From an uncultured Myxococcales bacterium (lineage in GTDB: Bacteria; Myxococcota; UBA4151): DNA of 19,788 nt. The notes under the pieces were generated by a model. That model ran no database searches and was not told the DNA's origin. It saw only the letters and a list, made by a program, of their open reading frames with translations. The stretch spans positions 1 through 19,788 of the forward strand of contig CAXGWI010000059.1 in NCBI GenBank assembly GCA_964013405.1, written 5' to 3'. Positions within the stretch are counted from its first letter, which is position 1. Each line of letters begins with the position of its first letter. Below, in pieces: positions 16,243-19,788 of this stretch. A program made the position numbers and the translations under genes.

Positions 16243-19200
16243 GTGCCCGAGGTTCGACTGGGACCATTCTCGGCACTGGAGCCCTTTGGTAAGGGCGGAA
16301 TGGCAGACGTTTGGCGGGGGGTCCATCGAGCCCAGGGCGTGCCGGTTGCCATCAAATTTGTGGGCCGTTCCGACGAGTTCACCGAGGCCTGGCTAGAGCA
16401 ATTTCGCAGTGAGGTGCGGGCAGTCGCGGGATTGAACCACGACAGTATCGTGATGGTTTTTGATCACGGCCGGGTCGATGCGGCTGCGGCCGCGGCAAGC
16501 GGCGGTCTGGTGAAAGAGGGGACGCCGTGGCTCGCCATGGAGTTCTGCTCCGGCAACAGCCTTTTCCATGTGCGGCCAACGAGTTTCGAAGCCTTAGCCG
16601 ATATCCTGGACCGTATCCTCTCTGCCCTCGCCTATGCCCACGCCCGTGGTGTGCTGCATCGAGACCTCAAGCCCGATAACGTCATGTTCTCTACCGCCGA
16701 GGACGCCCGTCCAGGCCTCAAGTTGACGGACTTTGGCCTGGCTTTTGAACTGGACGATGTCGTCGATGACGAGAGTCGGACCATGGGGACTCCCCACTAC
16801 ATGGCGCCCGAGCAATGTTATGGGAATTGGCGAGATTATGGCCCTTGGACAGATCTCTACGCCGTGGGTTGTTTGGCCTGGGATCTCTGCACGGGGTATC
16901 CGCCGTTTCACGAGCACAAGCGTTTGGTTCAGCTGCTGACGGCCCATGTTCGCCAGCCAGCCCCGGAACTTCGCCCTAGTTTCGAGGTGCCCGAGGCCTT
17001 CGAAGGCTGGCTTCGGCGACTGCTCGAAAAATTGCCCATGCAACGGTTTCAAAACGCCGCTGACGCCCGTGAGTCCCTTGAGCGGATCACGAAAGGCGAG
17101 CTGCCCCGGTGGCAGAACCCGCTGATGGAGGCCCCCGAGTTACGGGAAAGCCAAACCATCATGGTCGACGTGAGTCCTTTTTCTGAGGCCCCATCGTTCG
17201 CTCAGTTCACCGACCAACCGACCACAGCGGCCGGAATCATCGATGAGGTCCCCTCGGAGTACGTCCTTGCGGAACGGGTGATCCCGGAGATGCCTGCCCA
17301 CTGGCAGTCCCCGATACCACCCCAGCCCGAGCCCCGATTGGTGGGTGCAGGCCTCAATCTTTTTGGTTTGCGGCAAGTGCCCATGGTGGACCGCTTCGAT
17401 GAGCGGAATCTGCTGTGGGAGGCCTTGAAGCGTGTGCGTCAGACCCGGCGGGCCCGGGCCGTCATTCTCGAGGGACCGGCCGGGACGGGAAAGAGTCGGA
17501 TCGCCGAGTGGGTGGCTGTGCGATCTAGCGAGCTGGGGGTGGCCCGAGTCCTTCAGGTGGGACACGACCCGAATCAGGCGCCTGGTGCGGCTTTGGCCGA
17601 CCTCTGTGCCCAGATGTTGCGGACCCAGGGACTCAGCGGTGAAGGGCTCAGCGAGCGAGTGACGAAAGTGCTCGATCGGCAAGGGGTCTCAGATCCCGTG
17701 GAGCGGGATGCGCTCATCTCTTTGCTGGGGACCGAAGAGCTCGATCTTCAAGCCAGCGGCAGCACGATGACGATCTCATTCGCGGATCCTCGAGAGCGCT
17801 ATGCCGTCCTGCGGCGGCTCTTATCTCGGGCGGCCGGAGAGCGGCCCATCGTTTTGTGTCTCGATGATTTGCAATGGGGCTCCGATGCCCTCGCATTTGT
17901 CGACTACCTGCTCGAAAATCAAGATCGTCACAGTTTTCCGGTCTTGCTGATCCTGACCTATCGCCAGGAGTTGCTGGCTGAGAACCCCCTGGAGCGAAGT
18001 CTCCTGGCTCAACTGCTCAAATCGGCCGCTTGCGAGCGAAGCGTGGTGAGCGAGTTGGCGCCTGAATACCGGACAGAACTGGTGGAGGAGATGCTCGGCT
18101 TGGAGGCCGGGTTGGCGGCTCAGGTTGCGGAGCGTTCCGGTGGCAATCCATTGTTCGCCGTCCAGTTGGTGGGCGATTGGGTGGAACGCCGAGTTCTTGA
18201 GGTGAGCGAAGGAGGCTTTCGCCTCGCTCAAGGGGAACGAGCCGAGCTGCCCGATGATATTCATAGTCTTTGGAGCCAGCGGCTGCGGTCCATTTCAAAA
18301 GACTATCACTCTTCAAGTTTGATCAGCCTCGAACTGGCGGCGGCCCTTGGGCAGGACGTCGATGAACACGAGTGGCAGGCTGTATGCGCCCAGGTGGGCG
18401 TGCCTTTAGGCCGTGAATTGATCGATGACCTTCTAGGTCAGCACCTCATGGAGAGTCGTGAGGGGGGGTGGCGATTTAGTCATCACTTGTTTCGGGAGTC
18501 GATCGGTCGCCAGGCCCGGGAGCAGTCCCGTTGGGCGACGGCCCACCGTCATTGTGCCAGGGCCTTAGCCCAAATGCCGAGGCGGCGCGGCTTGGCCTAT
18601 CGGGTCGCCCAACATTTCTTGGCAGCTGAGGCCTTCGAGGAGGCTCTTGAGCCCTTGGGTACAGCGGTCAAAGAACTAGCTCAAGGCGGTGATATTGCCG
18701 AGGTGAAAGGGGTGCTTTCCGATTACGACCTCGCCCTATCTCGGCTTGATCTTTCAGCCGATGACCCTCGCTTCGCACAGCGCTTCTTTGTGGAGGTCGG
18801 TGTGGCGGAAGGTGGAGCAGAATGGGATCGTCTCGGGGAGATTTTGGTCGAACTTGATCGAGAGGTTTGGCCGGAAATGGGCGTCACGGTGCTCCGATCT
18901 CGAAGCCGACTGGCTGCGGCCCGGGGGCAGATGGACCGGGCGTTGCATCTGGCCCGTCAGGCTGTTCAGGCATCTCAGGGGGAGGAACGTGCCCAGGCAT
19001 CCAATTTATTGGGCATGCAGTTACTCGCCCGCGGCCAACTCGTTGAAGCCCAAGAGGCGCTCGAAGAAGCCCTCGGCTTGAGCGGCCCAGCGTTCGCAGG
19101 TCCGATCGCCCTGGGGCTTGCGATGGTGGCTCAGCAGCGAGGGGATTTAATGGCAGCCGAAACCCATTACCAGCGGGCACTGGCAGCCTGCGAAGCCCAA

Positions 19201-19722
19201 GGGCAATTGGGGGGGCTGGGCAATGCCATCAATGGGGTGGCCGAGGTCGCTCGACTGCGGGGCGATCTCAACCGAGCCCAGCAGGAATACAGCCGGGCCA
19301 TGGAACTCTATGAAACAACGGGCAGAAGTACGGCCGTCGTGGCTATGAACCTGGCACTCACCCTAATGAACCTCGAGCGCTTCGATGATGCCGAGGACCA
19401 CCTGAATCGGGCGGTCGCCGAGTTGGAGCGCTTGGGTTCCACGGGCTGGTTGATCTATGCGAAGACCCTCCTCTTGCCTTGCCTCATCGCCCGCGAGGAA
19501 TGGCAAAAGTTCCACCCGGCCTTCGCTGAAGCACAGGCTCAGGTGAAGAAGGCGGGCATCGCGGATGGTGATCTCGCCTGGACCTTGGAAAAAGCCGGGG
19601 ATTTAGCGCAAGGCCAGGACCAAGGTGAAGTGGCCAAGGCTTGTTATGGTTTCGCCCTCAGCCAATGGCAGCAGTTAAAGCGCACCGACGATATCCGCCG
19701 GGTTGAGGGCCTTCTGGCTTAG
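16243..19722 (+). CDS. Hanks-type Ser/Thr protein kinase, STAND (AAA_16-like) NTPase and TPR repeats
   Basis: Kinase motifs GKGGMADV, VAIK, HRDLKPDN, TDFG, GTPHYMAPE, DLYAVG. Walker A GPAGTGKS (17473-17496), Walker B VLCLDDLQW, SGGNPLF. C-terminal TPRs. Start set at GTG 16243, just after the TPR gene stop. Confidence 0.93.
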   Translation: MPEVRLGPFSALEPFGKGGMADVWRGVHRAQGVPVAIKFVGRSDEFTEAWLEQFRSEVRAVAGLNHDSIVMVFDHGRVDAAAAAASGGLVKEGTPWLAMEFCSGNSLFHVRPTSFEALADILDRILSALAYAHARGVLHRDLKPDNVMFSTAEDARPGLKLTDFGLAFELDDVVDDESRTMGTPHYMAPEQCYGNWRDYGPWTDLYAVGCLAWDLCTGYPPFHEHKRLVQLLTAHVRQPAPELRPSFEVPEAFEGWLRRLLEKLPMQRFQNAADARESLERITKGELPRWQNPLMEAPELRESQTIMVDVSPFSEAPSFAQFTDQPTTAAGIIDEVPSEYVLAERVIPEMPAHWQSPIPPQPEPRLVGAGLNLFGLRQVPMVDRFDERNLLWEALKRVRQTRRARAVILEGPAGTGKSRIAEWVAVRSSELGVARVLQVGHDPNQAPGAALADLCAQMLRTQGLSGEGLSERVTKVLDRQGVSDPVERDALISLLGTEELDLQASGSTMTISFADPRERYAVLRRLLSRAAGERPIVLCLDDLQWGSDALAFVDYLLENQDRHSFPVLLILTYRQELLAENPLERSLLAQLLKSAACERSVVSELAPEYRTELVEEMLGLEAGLAAQVAERSGGNPLFAVQLVGDWVERRVLEVSEGGFRLAQGERAELPDDIHSLWSQRLRSISKDYHSSSLISLELAAALGQDVDEHEWQAVCAQVGVPLGRELIDDLLGQHLMESREGGWRFSHHLFRESIGRQAREQSRWATAHRHCARALAQMPRRRGLAYRVAQHFLAAEAFEEALEPLGTAVKELAQGGDIAEVKGVLSDYDLALSRLDLSADDPRFAQRFFVEVGVAEGGAEWDRLGEILVELDREVWPEMGVTVLRSRSRLAAARGQMDRALHLARQAVQASQGEERAQASNLLGMQLLARGQLVEAQEALEEALGLSGPAFAGPIALGLAMVAQQRGDLMAAETHYQRALAACEAQGQLGGLGNAINGVAEVARLRGDLNRAQQEYSRAMELYETTGRSTAVVAMNLALTLMNLERFDDAEDHLNRAVAELERLGSTGWLIYAKTLLLPCLIAREEWQKFHPAFAEAQAQVKKAGIADGDLAWTLEKAGDLAQGQDQGEVAKACYGFALSQWQQLKRTDDIRRVEGLLA

Positions 19723-19787
19723 TCGTGAACCAACCAGAGTTCTGAAGAACCCCCATTGTGGCGATAAACGATGGGGTCGCCCCAGTC
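19719..19787 (-). CDS. Probable 3' end of a convergent gene entering from the right edge, product unknown
   Basis: Minus-strand frame ...DWGDPIVYRHNGGSSELWLVHD* ends at a TAA that overlaps the kinase stop (TTAG). Only 22 sense codons are visible. Confidence 0.45.
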   Translation of the reverse strand, partial: DWGDPIVYRHNGGSSELWLVHD

Positions 19788-19788
19788 G

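Overview
GC-rich bacterial window with dense coding, probably from a Myxococcota-like organism (inferred from the Myxococcus-type Cys-rich repeat protein and the kinase-STAND-TPR protein). I see no rRNA, tRNA, CRISPR array or mobile element. From left to right: (1) a minus-strand cluster of an Sfp-type PPTase, an EamA/DMT transporter and a truncated secreted protein that the ORF track missed; (2) a divergent, translationally coupled lipoprotein pair, namely a c-type heme plus PHM/DBH-like copper monooxygenase and a glucose/sorbosone dehydrogenase-family beta-propeller; (3) a zinc-ribbon/adenylate cyclase/STAND/TPR protein whose NTPase motifs are degenerate; (4) minus-strand MscS, an AidB-like acyl-CoA dehydrogenase and an 18-repeat Cys-rich lipoprotein; (5) a plus-strand cluster of a double-NBD peptide-type ABC ATPase, an unannotated 58-aa His-rich membrane peptide, a secreted TPR protein and a Ser/Thr kinase-STAND-TPR protein; (6) the 3' end of a probable convergent gene. 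The best candidates for something new are the dehydrogenase-heme-copper monooxygenase redox module and the pseudo-NTPase STAND cyclase lying near an intact STAND kinase. All family assignments come from motif recognition by eye, not database searches.
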